DNA of 64,000 bases, taken from assembly GCF_009914755.1 (NCBI RefSeq), contig NC_060933.1. One strand, written 5' to 3'. Shown here piece by piece: positions 48,202 to 60,629 of the stretch. This DNA comes from the human T2T-CHM13v2.0 reference genome, Homo sapiens. Both the position numbers and the translations under genes were made by a program. A model generated the notes under the pieces. That model was not told the DNA's origin and searched no databases. It saw only the letters and a list, made by a program, of their open reading frames with translations. Numbering within the stretch: position 1 is the first letter of the stretch; each line of letters opens with the position of its first letter.

Positions 48202-48505
48202 GGCCAGGCGTGGTGGCTCACGCCTGTAACCCAACACTTTGGGAGGCTGAGGCGGGTGGATCACCTGAGGTCAGGAGTTCAAAACCAGCCTGCCCAACAT
48301 GGTAAAACCCCGTCTCTACTAAAAATACAAAAAATTAGCCACGCATGGTGGCGGGCACCTGTAAGCCTAGCTACTCAAGAGGCTGAGGCAGGAGAATTGC
48401 TTGAACCCAGGAGGTGGAGGTCTCAGTGAGCCAAGATCGTGCCACTGTACTCCAGCCTAGGCAACAAGAGCGAAACTATGTCTCAAAAATAAAAAGAAAA
48501 GAAAA
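48202..48505 (+). mobile_element. Alu (AluS)
   Basis: Full dimer; TSD gaaaaaacta. Confidence 0.95.
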
Positions 48506-49707
48506 AACTAGCACTCAAAGTCCATGTTGAATATTACTTTTTCTTTTTTATAGGACATCTTAAGGACTTTAGCATTACTTTTATTTTCTATCTGAACCTT
48601 TCAGATGATCATAGATCAAGACTGTAAGTACTATATACTTTTTTTAAAGGAGCTATATACATTCTTACTGTCTCTAGCCTACATCACAAATTAACTGCCA
48701 TATGAGAAACAAGCTTTGCTTTCTCAAAATCTTACATTATAGCCCTATTATTAATTTTTTGCCAATGTATGCAATGAATCATAAAACAAAGTCTCAAAAC
48801 CGTAATCAATAAAATGCCATCTTATTTGAAAAAGCAATTGACAAAACATTCCTACAGATGATGAGTTAACAGCAATAGAACACGCTCTTAAAATATACAC
48901 CTTACTACAACTCTATAATGCTTTTCAAGACTATCAAATACTACTTAATTTATCCCGTCTTATGCACCATACTGACTCATTCTAAACTTCAACTTGAAAT
49001 AAAAATAAAACAAAAACAAGAAAACTACCTTCTCAGTTTTATATAAACTTGAAGGATTCACACCTGCCTTATCAAAAGTCCTTACAGCAATTCTTCTGAA
49101 AACCAGATGCTTCTAGCTTTGAAGTCTTGCTTCTGTAGCTACCCTTTTCAAGTGTGTTACTGTATTGATTTAGCACCAACTTAATCTTGCAGCTTGTTCC
49201 TCCTTGGTTGCAAAGGAAAAGTGTAGCATACACTATGCACTACATTCACTATAGCACAACACTTAAAACAATTCAAGTCTGATCATGAGCTCTTCAGTTT
49301 TGTCCCTTTCTACTAAACCTGGCAATGTGGAATAAATTGAAAGAGACTACTTAATAAGCAACTTTTTAAACCTTGTAAGAGACCTTTCAGAAACTAGAAT
49401 GTTCCTACACAATCAATCTGCCATAAACAATACACTGTAACACTACTATGAATTATAGCCAGTAAAAAACTAATGGAACCAAGCATGAGTTACGCATTTC
49501 ACTTAAATATATATATATATATTCACAGATAATAACTTCAGAAAACTAATTTGTAGTTTTGTGCAAAACAAACAAGTTTACAGTTAAACCCAGGGTACTT
49601 TTCAGAAAAATATATAACCAATTAGTAGTAATGAGCTGATTTCGAATCTTGCCATTTATGATAAAAGGCTATTAATACTAAGAAAATAAAGAACCATTAG
49701 TTCTCAC

Positions 49708-49951
49708 CAATTTATGGGTTTCATCCTGTTGTTTAGAGAGTTTCCACAGAAGGGAAATAATATTAAGAACTTGCTGCATAACCTGTAGAGGTTCTCGTTC
49801 TATACCATTCCCAACAGGAGTAGCTAGTTGTGGAGGTACAGCTTCAACCCAGCATTCAATTAGCAATGGAATTATTATCTCAATAAATCCTTTCAGGTTT
49901 TCAGTAGATGACAGGCCTTCATCCACACCACTCAGTCCTCCAACCAGATAC
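49708..49951 (-). CDS. TEX10: TEX10 exon 4
   Basis: cttattag|G and TTG|gtgaga; [37 protein letters not shown]...ETHKL; 244 nt. Confidence 0.95.
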
Positions 49952-50329
49952 CTAATAAGGGTAAGAAAGAAAAAAATTAAGTGATTAAAAAATGTTTATT
50001 ATCCCTTGCTAATTTAAATCTTAAATATAAAGTACTAGTAAAATGAAGCACCATGAACTGATAATTACATCAATCAAAACTAGTAAGAAAAATGAAATTC
50101 TAAGATGACAAAGCCAAAAGATATTATCAAGTTTTATTTCTCAAAGGCTTTGCTATAAATAAATTAACATACAAATAACTCTTCCCATCAGTAAATAAAA
50201 TCAAATCATGAGTAACTATATGAAAACTATGAAAGACAACTGCATGTCTTCCCACCAACAGTCATCAATGGTTAGCAGTTATAATTCAATACAGGAAAAC
50301 TGTGTGGACATAACTGAAATCCTTCTTAC

Positions 50330-51042
50330 CGTAGCCTGAACTGTGAACTGACATTTGGCTGTGAACCCCCATTTTCATAAACCTGGATGTGTTGCTGGTC
50401 GTTGGCATGTTCCTTCCAGTTGATAAAAATGGAGTTGCTAGTGGCATGGGGATTTTCTTTCTGTTCCTGAAGTCCTTCACTTTCTCTCAACCTACTGGAT
50501 CCATCTGCCAAGGCCTGAAGGAATTTACTGAGTCTCACTAAGACTTTCAGCCTCCATTGCTGAGAAGTGAGTCTCCGATTAGGATTTACAGAAAGTATCC
50601 AGGACTGGGATCTGTCTCTATTTATCAGTCCTTTGGACAGCTGCTGATGAGAAATAAGTTCTACAAAATTCTTAAGCAATATGCTGCTACGGCCAGTAAT
50701 TAGAGCTGGGTACTGTTCCAGCAGAATGTCCAAAACTTTTAAAGAGTCCTCCTGAATTCCTTCAGTAATGTGAGTCATGGCACTAGAGAGATGGGCACTT
50801 ACCAAAGGAAAAAATGGAGAAATTTGTTCAGCTCGTATTTTGGGGGCCAGGAATTGAAGAAGTTGAACTGCTGCTAATCGTACATTAGCATCTTTATCTG
50901 TAAACACAGCAGTCACTTCACTTAATATGTTTGAAAGGTGTGCATCAATTATAAATGGGTATTGAGACAAAAGGTCTTTAAGTCCAAGAAGAGCACTTTG
51001 TTTAACCCCAGCATTGTAGTGATGCATCTGTGACAGCAAATC
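50330..51042 (-). CDS. TEX10: TEX10 exon 3 (Ipi1_N / ARM-like region)
   Basis: tttatag|GAT and ACG|gtaaga; [25 protein letters not shown]...[26 protein letters not shown], motifs typical of Ipi1/TEX10; 713 nt open. Confidence 0.97.
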
Positions 51043-51554
51043 CTATAAATAAAAATACAAATTTTAGATGTATACTTATATACATGTATCAATTTCACGT
51101 AAACATGCTAACTAACACTACACTAGTAAACTGACACTCCTTGGGGAAACTGCTTCAATAAGTACTTTTTAAATGTTATTTAGCTTTTGTTAGGATCAGA
51201 AACAGAAAAATACTTTCAGCTTAATAAAAACATTGCATAATTTTCAGTTGGAATTTTCTCTCTTTACATTAACCTACATGCAGGCTTAGGCGCTCTATGA
51301 TATAAAGTGACAGCAATCACACCATCATTTATTGAAAACCTACTAGGTACCAAACATCATGGAAGGTGTATATATATACTCTTGACAGGCCGTTTCTGCC
51401 TGTTTCAAATGGGCTTTCACAGGGTGTTTGTGTTTTATTCAGAGTATACTACCTGACAATTTTATCTGTGGAATAATTTATGTAACCTTTGGGAAAAAAA
51501 AAACTTTAAATAACTCTTTAGTATTATTTAAACTTCAGAGCTTAAAAAGCAAAA

Positions 51555-52076
51555 CTCGAAAAATGTATATCCTCACAAAGACCTACACACAAATATTCAT
51601 AACAGCATTATTCATAAGAGCCAAAAACCAGAAACAAACTAAATGTTCATCAACTGCTGAGTGATCAACAATATGTGACCTAATCATGCAATGAAATACA
51701 ATTCGACAATACAAAGGAATGTACCACTGTTCTGATATATGCTACAAGCTACATACAACCTGGAGGAACCTCCAAAACACTGTGCTAAGTAAAAGGCCAG
51801 TAACAAAAGGCCATGTATTATATGATTTCATTTATATGCACTTTCTAGAATAAGCAAATCTATAGATATCAGAGGTAGATTAGTGATTGCCTAGGGCTGG
51901 AAGAAATGAGAAGTGATTCCTAATGGGTATAAGTTTTCTTCTTGGAGTGATAAAAACGTTCTAAAATTAGATTAAGGTGATAGTAGCATAACTCTGTAAA
52001 TATACCAAAACCAATGAATTGTATTCTTTAAATGAGAGATTTTAATTATGTGTAAATTATATCTCCATAAAGCTGT
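51555..52076 (+). mobile_element. Old L1 (L1MB/ME-like) 3' end
   Basis: cagcattattcataagagccaaaaac...aaattatatctccataaagctgtt. Confidence 0.85.
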
Positions 52077-52268
52077 TAGATTCTTAAGCAACACTTCTCA
52101 AACTTCAATTGACTTCAAGTATTTACTACAAACCTATAATAAACTATGTGCTGTATGGGTTCAAAAATGAATGACAGGATTGTATCTTAATTCGCTAAAA
52201 AACAGCTAGAAAACTGTTCATCAAAAATTTGACACATCAAAAACATGTAAGAATTATTTCCAGATACA

Positions 52269-52545
52269 GCCAGGTGCCGTGGTTCACGCCTACAATCCCA
52301 GCACCTCAGGAGGCCTTGGCTGGAGGATTGCTTGCATCCAAGAGTTTGAGACCAGCCTGGGCAACATATTGCAACCTTGCCTCCACAAAAAAATAAATTA
52401 GCCAGGCATGGTGACGCTCGCCTGCAGCCCCAGCTACTTGGGAGGCTGAAGTAGGAGGATCACTTGAGCCCAGAAGGTCCTGGCTGCAGTGAGCCATGAT
52501 AGCACCCCATTGTGCTCAACATGGTGTAAGAGTGAGACCTGTCTC

Positions 52546-52573
<28 letters not shown>
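52269..52573 (+). mobile_element. Alu (AluJ-like) with (TAAA)n tail
   Basis: Diverged dimer. Confidence 0.9.
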
Positions 52574-52576
<3 letters not shown>

Positions 52577-52819
52577 TCAAATAAATATACCAGGGAGAAA
52601 CAACTGTGCATTTAGTTTAGCGAACGTTTCTGGAGGAAGTGGAAAGACACAGCTGCATGAGAGATCTTTGGGTAAAAGATAAACTCCAAACATCAATAAA
52701 CCCTAAGACCCTAGGCAAACTATTTACTCTAAGAGTTTAGACAAATTTTCACAAAAATATAACATTCTACACGATTCCAAAGAAAATCTTATTTTGTCAA
52801 AACATGATTTATGATTTAC

Positions 52820-52999
52820 CTTTATGTTAAGTTTTCTATTGTTTGTTGGAAGTGTTCCATCCTCTTTGAGTTGCTCAGGCAGATGTATAGTCTTTGTTTT
52901 AAAGTTTGTAGGAGTAGCATTTTGTAACTTGGGCTTCTTTTTACCAACTTTCAATTTTACTTTTTGAAAATCATGTTGGCGTTTTCTTTTTTTAGTCAT
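52820..52999 (-). CDS. TEX10: TEX10 exon 2 coding part (start codon)
   Basis: ATG at 52999; [24 protein letters not shown] (conserved Ipi1 N-terminal DFxKxKLKVGK motif); donor AAG|gtaaat. All 14 coding exons total 2790 nt = 929 aa + stop. Confidence 0.97.
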
Positions 53000-55039
53000 T
53001 CTCGACTACTATAATGAAAAGAATTAATTAAAAGCAATGGATAGAGACAAGAATAAATTATGAAAAAAGGCACTTTCCAACACATACTACTGTAACATTT
53101 ATTTCAATCGTAATCAAAAATCTGATTATGCTGAAAGATCAAAATATTAAAAAATGCTGTTAAGAACTATTAAAAACTCAGTTTAGTGATAAAATACTGT
53201 AACAAGGCAACAGTCTTGCCACGGTTTTGCAAAGTTTTTTGGGTCACAGAACCTTTTGTCAAGCTATATGCTAAAGGGAAACCTTCTGAAATGTGTTTTT
53301 TTTTTGTTTTCCTTTGTTCGAGTGTAGGAGAGCAGCACAGACTTCCTAGAGATGTAACTTGTATCTGCTGGTGTGCTCCTGGGCTTCGTAAGAGCCTCGG
53401 AGGAACTTCTCTAGCAATACCAAACAAAGTTGGAAAACCAATGTTATTCTTTAATGCAGCCTATAACCATTAGAAAAAGATTTATGAACCTAAGCTGAGC
53501 ATGTGAAAAATGGGTAATATTCAAATACACAGCAAGGAGAATAATAGGCCTTTCAAGAGCAAGGAAAACAAGGTAAAGATCAGGTGTAGGGGATAAACCT
53601 AGCACAGCAAAAGTGAATAAACCTCAGACTAAACAGAAAACAGTATTCCCCCTTGGTCCCCAAAAAGGATAAAAAGCAGCATAAAAAGAAATATAATGTA
53701 ATAGGGGGATAAGGAACAAAGACCAGCTAAGCCACTATTATAATAAATAACTCAGGCATAACACCATGCCATCTTGTACTTCCTCCCCCTCTATACCACA
53801 TTCCAAACCTTGCACTTACACATGAAATCTTTGATCTGTGTCTCTTACCCATTTCCAGGCCACTACTTTCAAGAAGTCCTTTATTTCTACCATTCAATAC
53901 CTTCCCCACTGGTACTCCTGCCTACTATCTAGTGTCTCCTCTCTAGTCCACTGGCCCTTTACGAAACAGCTCTCTCTGAACACAGATCTCATGACCAAGA
54001 CTCAAGAGTTCTCAGCTGTTCTATTCCTCATACATAGTAAAACCTCCTTAGCAGGACATATGAGGTCCTTCCTAATGTGGCCCCATCCATCCTCTCCAGC
54101 TTTATCTTCCCACAAGCTAATCTCTATCTAAAACAATAGCCTCTTCTACCTGGAACCAGCTAAATTCTTCTTGAAGCCTTTTCCACACCTGAGAACAATA
54201 CTGTACACCACTTGAATAGGGTAAGTACCTCTGGAATATATAAAACTTCTGCTAATCTCCTGGTTTATCATAATTATCCTGTGCCTGGCCATAAAAAGTG
54301 ACAATGCTACACATGAGGGTATAAAAAAATGGGTAAAACGAAAGTTTCCTTTATTACAATATTAATAAAATGGCCAGTGCAATACTGAACAGCTCAAGTT
54401 CAAGGAATTCAGAAGCCAATCAGCTATGACAATATATCCAAATTTACTTAATTACAGGGTTATATTAGATCGCCATGAGGTAGGATTTCCCACAGGTTAA
54501 GAACCAATTCTACAACCAGATTGATTAGGCTTTTATCCAAACTCTGACGCCTTCCAGCTGTACACTGTCCCAATTTCTATCTACAAAATAGGGATAATCA
54601 TACACAATTGTAAAACACTCAGAACTGTGCCTGGTACATGGTTAAATACGTATGCTCAAAGCATAAACATGTGCGTGTCCCTCAAGTCTCAGGATCAGGA
54701 CATACCAAGCCCGGTACTAGATGCATTGTGTACCTCAGTATACAATCTGCACAGAACCATGCAAGGTAGGTGGAACTAAACCCATTTTAACAATGTACCT
54801 CAGAAAAGTTTGGAAGTCACGCCTTTATCAAGAAGTTGAAAAGGGATTCATTCACAGAACTGAGCTCTGCAAAACCACCTTTAACATACCAGAATTAACC
54901 TGAAGACTGGAAGTCTTCGTGGCAAAACAGTTTGGCTTATTTCATTTGTCCCTATTACCAAATTTTCATCTCACCCACACCTCTAGTTACCTTAGTCTTA
55001 AAAAACAAAACAAAACAAAAAAAAAAGCTGGGGGTCGGT

Positions 55040-55058
55040 GGGTGGGTGGGTGGGAGGG
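55040..55058 (+). other. Predicted G-quadruplex (GGGT)3GGGAGGG
   Basis: Five GGG runs with 1-nt loops. Confidence 0.7.
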
Positions 55059-55899
55059 AATAAGGCCTAAAAAGAAGGCCATGATACTCACCTGGCCTCT
55101 TTTAATACAAAAATGGTTTTCATTAATTAAGCAAGCACACTTTGTGAGCTTTTCCTACAATTTTATTACTAGCTGGTACTAGACACGAAAGTAAATGGTA
55201 CAGGACATTCAGAAAAATTAACTCCCTTCCTCCTCCACTCCTGTGGGTTCTATTTAGCCATTAACCACCTGATAGATCTTCAACAGTCTACTGTCAACTT
55301 CATGCCATATTATCTATCGCTTTGTATTAGTCACATTAATGCTTTCTCTGTTAGGAAAATTAAGAAGGCTGATTGACCTTCCTTGACTTTTCAAACCTAG
55401 TAATATTATTACGGGATACAAAGCATTTTCATGCGAAGAACTCTCAAAGTTCTACTAGTAATTGACTTTAACTTATAACAAAGATTTTCATAACACAGCA
55501 AATCAAAAAGTCCCACTAAGCCACTTTTACAGTAGCCGGTTTTTAGCAAAAGGTAGGAACGCCAGTCTCAGAGGAGGAGCTCACATCACTAGTCCTTAGG
55601 TTTGCGATCCCCAATAGTTTCAAAGCTGAATGTCACACATTCCTACTGTAGGTCTTTTCTAATTCCAACAAAAGGCAGATCCTAGCGTTTTTAGGATTTC
55701 AATCGAACTAAATTCCAACTATAAATAGTTTGCCTGCCACCTTCTTACCCTTCCTCATTTCCACCTTCTTTTCCAAAAAAAATCAGAGAGAACGATCGTA
55801 CTGCACTCGGCCTTTGATAATTTCCTCCCCAAACCCTTAAACTCATGAGTTCCTCCAAACTCCACTGAGGGGCCAACCAGAGGCGACAGACTTCCCAAA

Positions 55900-56775
55900 A
55901 AGCAAATGGCCCAGGCAGGGGCGACCCCAGAAAACTGGTAGTCCCCTTCCGCTCGCTTAACTCTCCCGCCTGGGCGACCAGAGGACGGAACAGGGGACGC
56001 CAGCTCATCCCCACTCCGTATTCGGTCCTGCATCCATCCCAGAGGCGAACACACCATGGGTTTTAGGAAACCATCGTTCCTCCTACTCCAAGGGACGCCG
56101 GCCAGGACCAGAGTCGGGGAAGTGGGGCCCGATTCACACACTCCGGCCTAAAACTCTCTCGGACCCGAAACCAGGCGAACCCGCCCAGTCACCTGAAGCT
56201 CCGCAAACGCCCTAGGGGGTCCCGCCCCCGCAGTGCCGGCCGCACACCCAGGCCCAGCTCGGAGGGACGCCGCGGCCCAGACCCGGGGGACGCAAATCGT
56301 GCACGGCCGACCCTGCCCGCTTGGGCCGCGGATCGGGGGGCGACGGCCCCACCACGCTCAGTCCCGCGCCCCGGGAGGACCCGGCCCGACGGGCGACGGC
56401 CGCTTACCTGAGGACCCGGCCGCGGCCGGGGCGAGAAGCCCGAGAAGACAAGCGAGGGAGCAGAAGCCCACGGGGCAACAGCGTGCGCCGCCGACCTCAG
56501 GCTCTAGCTCCCGGAGCGTGTTTTCAAATAGCCTCGTCCTCACGCGGCCGCGTCTCCTTCCGCCGCCCGGAAATCAGGGCCCCTCCCCCTCCCTGCTGTG
56601 CTCACGTGATCGCAGCCCGCAGCCGCGCGCAACCGGGGAGGCGGGAGCGGGAGCGGTAGGCCCCGCCCACAGAGGAGGGTACCCCGCCGGAAGCCCCCTG
56701 CTCTGTGGGAACCGGAGGGAGGACAGCGCGAGGTCCCCGGACAAAGCGTGGCGCATAAGTCCGGCCCGTAACTTG
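55900..56775. promoter_or_regulatory. CpG island / TEX10 promoter
   Basis: Very GC- and CpG-rich. Palindromic E-box TCACGTGA 56602-56609, ETS-type CCGGAA at 56567 and 56687, GC box CCCCGCCC 56661-56668, no TATA box seen. Confidence 0.9.
56408..56575 (-). other. TEX10: TEX10 non-coding exon 1 (TSS approximate)
   Basis: Strong donor CAG|gtaagc at 56408/56407 inside the CpG island, just downstream of promoter motifs. Confidence 0.75.
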
Positions 56776-58099
56776 GTGGGCAGGCAACTTAGGGGATGTG
56801 GGCCTGGTTATAGCTGAGCATGCTTTTCTATTCCTCCCAGACCACAGTTCTTCAGACCTGGAGCCACTTTCAGAGAAGAGTATAAGTTGCACTGAATTGA
56901 AAAAGGGAAAAGTTTAGGACTGCAGAAGATGGAATTCCTGGGGACGTTAAACTGGGCTAAGATGGAGCAGATAAGATTTCCTTAATTAGAGCAAGACACA
57001 CCTAGTATCTAGAGCCTGGAAGTCTTGGTCAAGGATTCTCCCTAACATCTCAGTTTCTCAGCACTAACATTCCTGCTACTAAAATGAAGTGAGAAATTAA
57101 TTTCTGAAGTTAAGTAAAGAAATAAACTAAAATTCCTAGAAAAGAGGTAAGAAGAATGAGCCTTTGAAAAATGTCTTCACAAAGACTGGCATGATGGCAT
57201 GGAAGAAAGAGCCCCAGGTAAGGACTTCAGACCTTGATTCAAATTTGTGTCTACACCTCACCAGATAATTAAGACTTAGTAAAGCTAGCGAAGATATTGA
57301 CCCTCATTATATTGGGTGGGAATTCAAAGGAATGATGTCTAAATCCAGGGAGACCCAAGCACTGGAACTAAAACCATGCCTGTTCCATAATCGGAGATAA
57401 AGAGGCAGCGCTAGAAACCCTGACCTCCCTTTGCTGGCAATATGGCCACATCACCACAATCTGCCTGGAATCGACCATAACCATAAATATTTGGGAGTCA
57501 TTGGCATTATGTGGCATTATATTCTGTTTAAAGCTATGAGACTAGATCAGAAGAGGAAAGATTTATTGCCAACCAGACAAGTCCCTGGAACTCCAAACTT
57601 GTATCCAACAGTTTTTTCAATGTTTCCTTCAGATATCCAGTATACATCTCAAGGTCAACTTGTCCAAAACAGAGCTACTGATGATTTTCCCCTTGAAATC
57701 TACTCTTCCTACAGCTTATTCATCTCAAATAGTAAGTCTGTCCTTGCAGTTACTCAAGCAGAAACCTTTGGGTTTTTGGTTTGGCCTCTTTGTTCCACAC
57801 CTCACATCTAATCCATCTGGAGATTGACTCTACCTTTAAAGACATCCTAACTTTCACCAGTTAACACACCTCCCCTGCTACCATTCTGGTCCAAGCCGCT
57901 TCTTGATCACTGCAAAAAGCCTGCAAACACATCTTCCTGCTTCCCTTATTGTCCTTCTTCCCCCTACAGTCTGGTATCAGCAGAGCAGCTGTGTGATTAT
58001 TTTAAGATCTAGGTTAGATCAGATCACTCTTTGGCTCAAAACCCTTTAATGGCTCCCTATTTCACTTCGAGTAAAACCCAGAGTCCTTTCTAGGGCCTT

Positions 58100-58520
58100 C
58101 CCTTAGGCTGTTCTTGCATGGCTATAAAGAAATACCTGAGACTGGGTAATTTACAAAGAAAAGAGGTTTAATTGGCTCATGATTCTGCTGGCTTTACAGG
58201 AAGCATTATGTTGGCATCTGCTTGCTTTTGGTGAAGTCTCAGGGAGCTTTCAATCATAGAAGGTGAAGGGGGAACAGGCATGTCACATGTTGAAAGCAGG
58301 AGCAAGAGAGAGAGCAAAAGAAAAGAGACAGAGAGAGAGAGAGGTGCCACACATTTTTAAACAGCCAAATCTGATGAGAACTCACTATCACTAAACAAGC
58401 ACCAAGCCATGAGGGATCCACCCCCATGACCCAAGCATGTCCCACCAGGCCCCACCTCCAGCATTGAGGATTACAACACAACATGAGATTTGAGCAGGGA
58501 CAAATATCCAAACCATATCA
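58100..58520 (-). mobile_element. MSTA/MSTB MaLR solo LTR
   Basis: gctataaagaaatacctgagactgggtaattt...catgagatttg...caaatatccaaaccatatca. Confidence 0.88.
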
Positions 58521-58846
58521 GTTCTCAAGCTCTTCCATATTCTGACACAGTCTCTTACCATCTGAGCACTCCTCCTTCCACTCTCCCCTTTTTTACTCTG
58601 CTCCAGTCACACTTGCTTCTTTGCCTTCCTCAAACACCAGTGACACACTCCTGCTTTTGGACCTTTTCTTTAGCTTTTCTGTCTGCCTGAAACACTCTTC
58701 CCCAATAAGTCCATGTGGCTAACTCCCTCTCCTCCCGAGTCCACTCAAATATCTTCTCAGGGAGCCCTACCCTGACCACCTCATTTAAAATAACAAATTA
58801 CCTTCTCCCAGGACTTGCAATTTCCCTTTAGAACATATCACCTTCT

Positions 58847-59040
58847 GGGAACATCACACTCTGGGGACTGTTGTGGGGTGGGGGGAGGGGGGAGGGATAG
58901 CTTTAGGAGATATACCTAATGCTAAATGACGAGTTAATGGGTGCAGCACACCAGCATGGCACATGTATACATATGTAACTAACCTGCACATTGTGCACAT
59001 GTACCCTAAAACTTAAAGTATAATAATAATAAAATAAAAA
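58847..59040 (+). mobile_element. Young 5'-truncated L1PA (L1PA3-like) 3' end
   Basis: Near-consensus L1PA 3'UTR with A-rich tail; 17-bp TSD agaacatatc(a/g)ccttct at 58830-58846 and 59041-59057. Confidence 0.93.
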
Positions 59041-59462
59041 AGAACATATCGCCTTCTAATATACCATGTAATTTACTTATTTATCATAATGATTATTTGA
59101 TTCTGTCCTTCATCCACCACTAATATGTAAGTTTTACATGGGTCGTTTGTTTTATTCCCTGGTATATTCCAAGTAGCTAGAGCAGTGTCTGGCACCTAGT
59201 AGGCCCTCAATAAATATTTGTTGAATAAATGTCTAGGAAGCACCTGCTACATAGCGGTGCTGAGCAAACACTAGCTCTTATTGTTTCCCTACTTCACTGC
59301 AGCACAGGGTTTATAGACTCAGCCCATTAAGTGGGTCTGGTGGCTATGTAGCTGACAGAAGTACTCCTGGCCTGACTAAAGGAAGCAGCAGATCTTCAGC
59401 AACAGTCAACTGTTGTCATGAGGAAATGCAAATCTTCTCATTTTTCAAGCAAACCGGAAATC

Positions 59463-59851
59463 CAGTGTTTAAGTCCATTCTCTGCTGCTATAACAGAATA
59501 CCACAGACTGGGTAGTTTACAATGAACAGAAGACTATTTGGCTAATGCTTCTGCAGCTGAGAAGTCCAAGAGTGTGGCATCAGCATCTGGTGAGGGTCAT
59601 CCATACCATGACAGAAGGGTAGAAGGCAGAAGTGAGCTCTAGAGACAGAGAGAACAAATCAGGTTGAATTCATCCTATTTGTCAAGAGCTCACACCCAGG
59701 ATAACTAACCCACTCCCACAATAACAATTATCTATTCATGAGGGCAGAGCCCTCATAACCTAATCACCTCTTAAAGGTCCGGCTTCTCAATACTGTTAGA
59801 GTGGCAATTAAATTTCAAAATGAGTTTTGGAGGGGACATTCAAACCATAAC
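59463..59851 (-). mobile_element. MST-family MaLR solo LTR
   Basis: gctgctataacagaataccacagactgggt...ttttggaggggacattcaaaccata. Confidence 0.8.
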
Positions 59852-60214
59852 ATCCAGAAATGTTTATAAGAAATCTGCTCTTTAAATATTGGCAAGTACA
59901 TTTTTCCCCCTATTTTCGAAACACTGTGTAGGCCAAACAAAATACTTATTGCCAGTTGCCAGTTTACTGTCTCTGGTTTAGGACATAAAAAGTTTGTACT
60001 TGAAGACAGGCTTTTTCCAACTCTTAAGTGATGAACGCAACAATTGTAAGGATTGATCACTTCCCGAGCTTGAAGAGATCTTTGATAAATAACAAGCATG
60101 TAATTAATCAAGGTCCTTCACCCATGCCAGAAAAACATTATTTACAACGAACATACATTCTGGAATGTGTAGGACACTCCAATTCCAAAACTCTGTCCAG
60201 TTGGCCACATAGGT

Positions 60215-60629
60215 GCTGTGTTTAGTTTCCGCAGCCATAACAAAGTACCACAAACTGGGTAGCTTAAATAACAGAAATTTCTGGATCTCAGTTCTGGAGA
60301 CCATGGAATCTGAAATCAAGGTATCAGCAGGATTGGTTCCTTCTGAGGATTCTGAGGAAGATTCTGTTCCACACGTCTCTCCTAGCTTCTGGTAGCTTTA
60401 GACATTCCTTGTAGACATTCCTTCTGTGTCTTCACATTGTCTTCCCTTGTGTATATCTGTCTGTGTTCAAATTTACTCCTTTTATAAGAACCCCAGTCAT
60501 AGGGGCTGCCCTAATTACCTCATTTTAACTTGATCACTTCTCTAAAGACCTTATTTCCAAATAAAGTCACCTGAGGTACTAGGGGGTAGAACTTCAATAT
60601 ATCTTTTTGGAGGACACAATTCAACCCAT
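60215..60629 (-). mobile_element. MLT1-family MaLR solo LTR
   Basis: gccataacaaagtaccacaaactgggtagcttaaa...ggacacaattcaacccata. Confidence 0.82.

Larger units (their letters stand above)
57600..59230 (+). mobile_element. L2 remnant interrupted by an MST LTR and a young L1
   Basis: L2 motifs; ends gtgtctggcacctagtaggccctcaataaatatttgttgaataaat (L2 3' end). Confidence 0.75.

Noticed and set aside
53170-53473. Overlapping 85/95-aa ORFs and a possible acceptor at 53460 in TEX10 intron 1
   Set aside because: No convincing donor and no recognisable homology; cannot be supported.
55745-56892. Long Pro/Arg/Gly-rich ORFs (up to 194 aa) on both strands
   Set aside because: Expected from stop-codon scarcity in a CpG island; most start at non-ATG codons.
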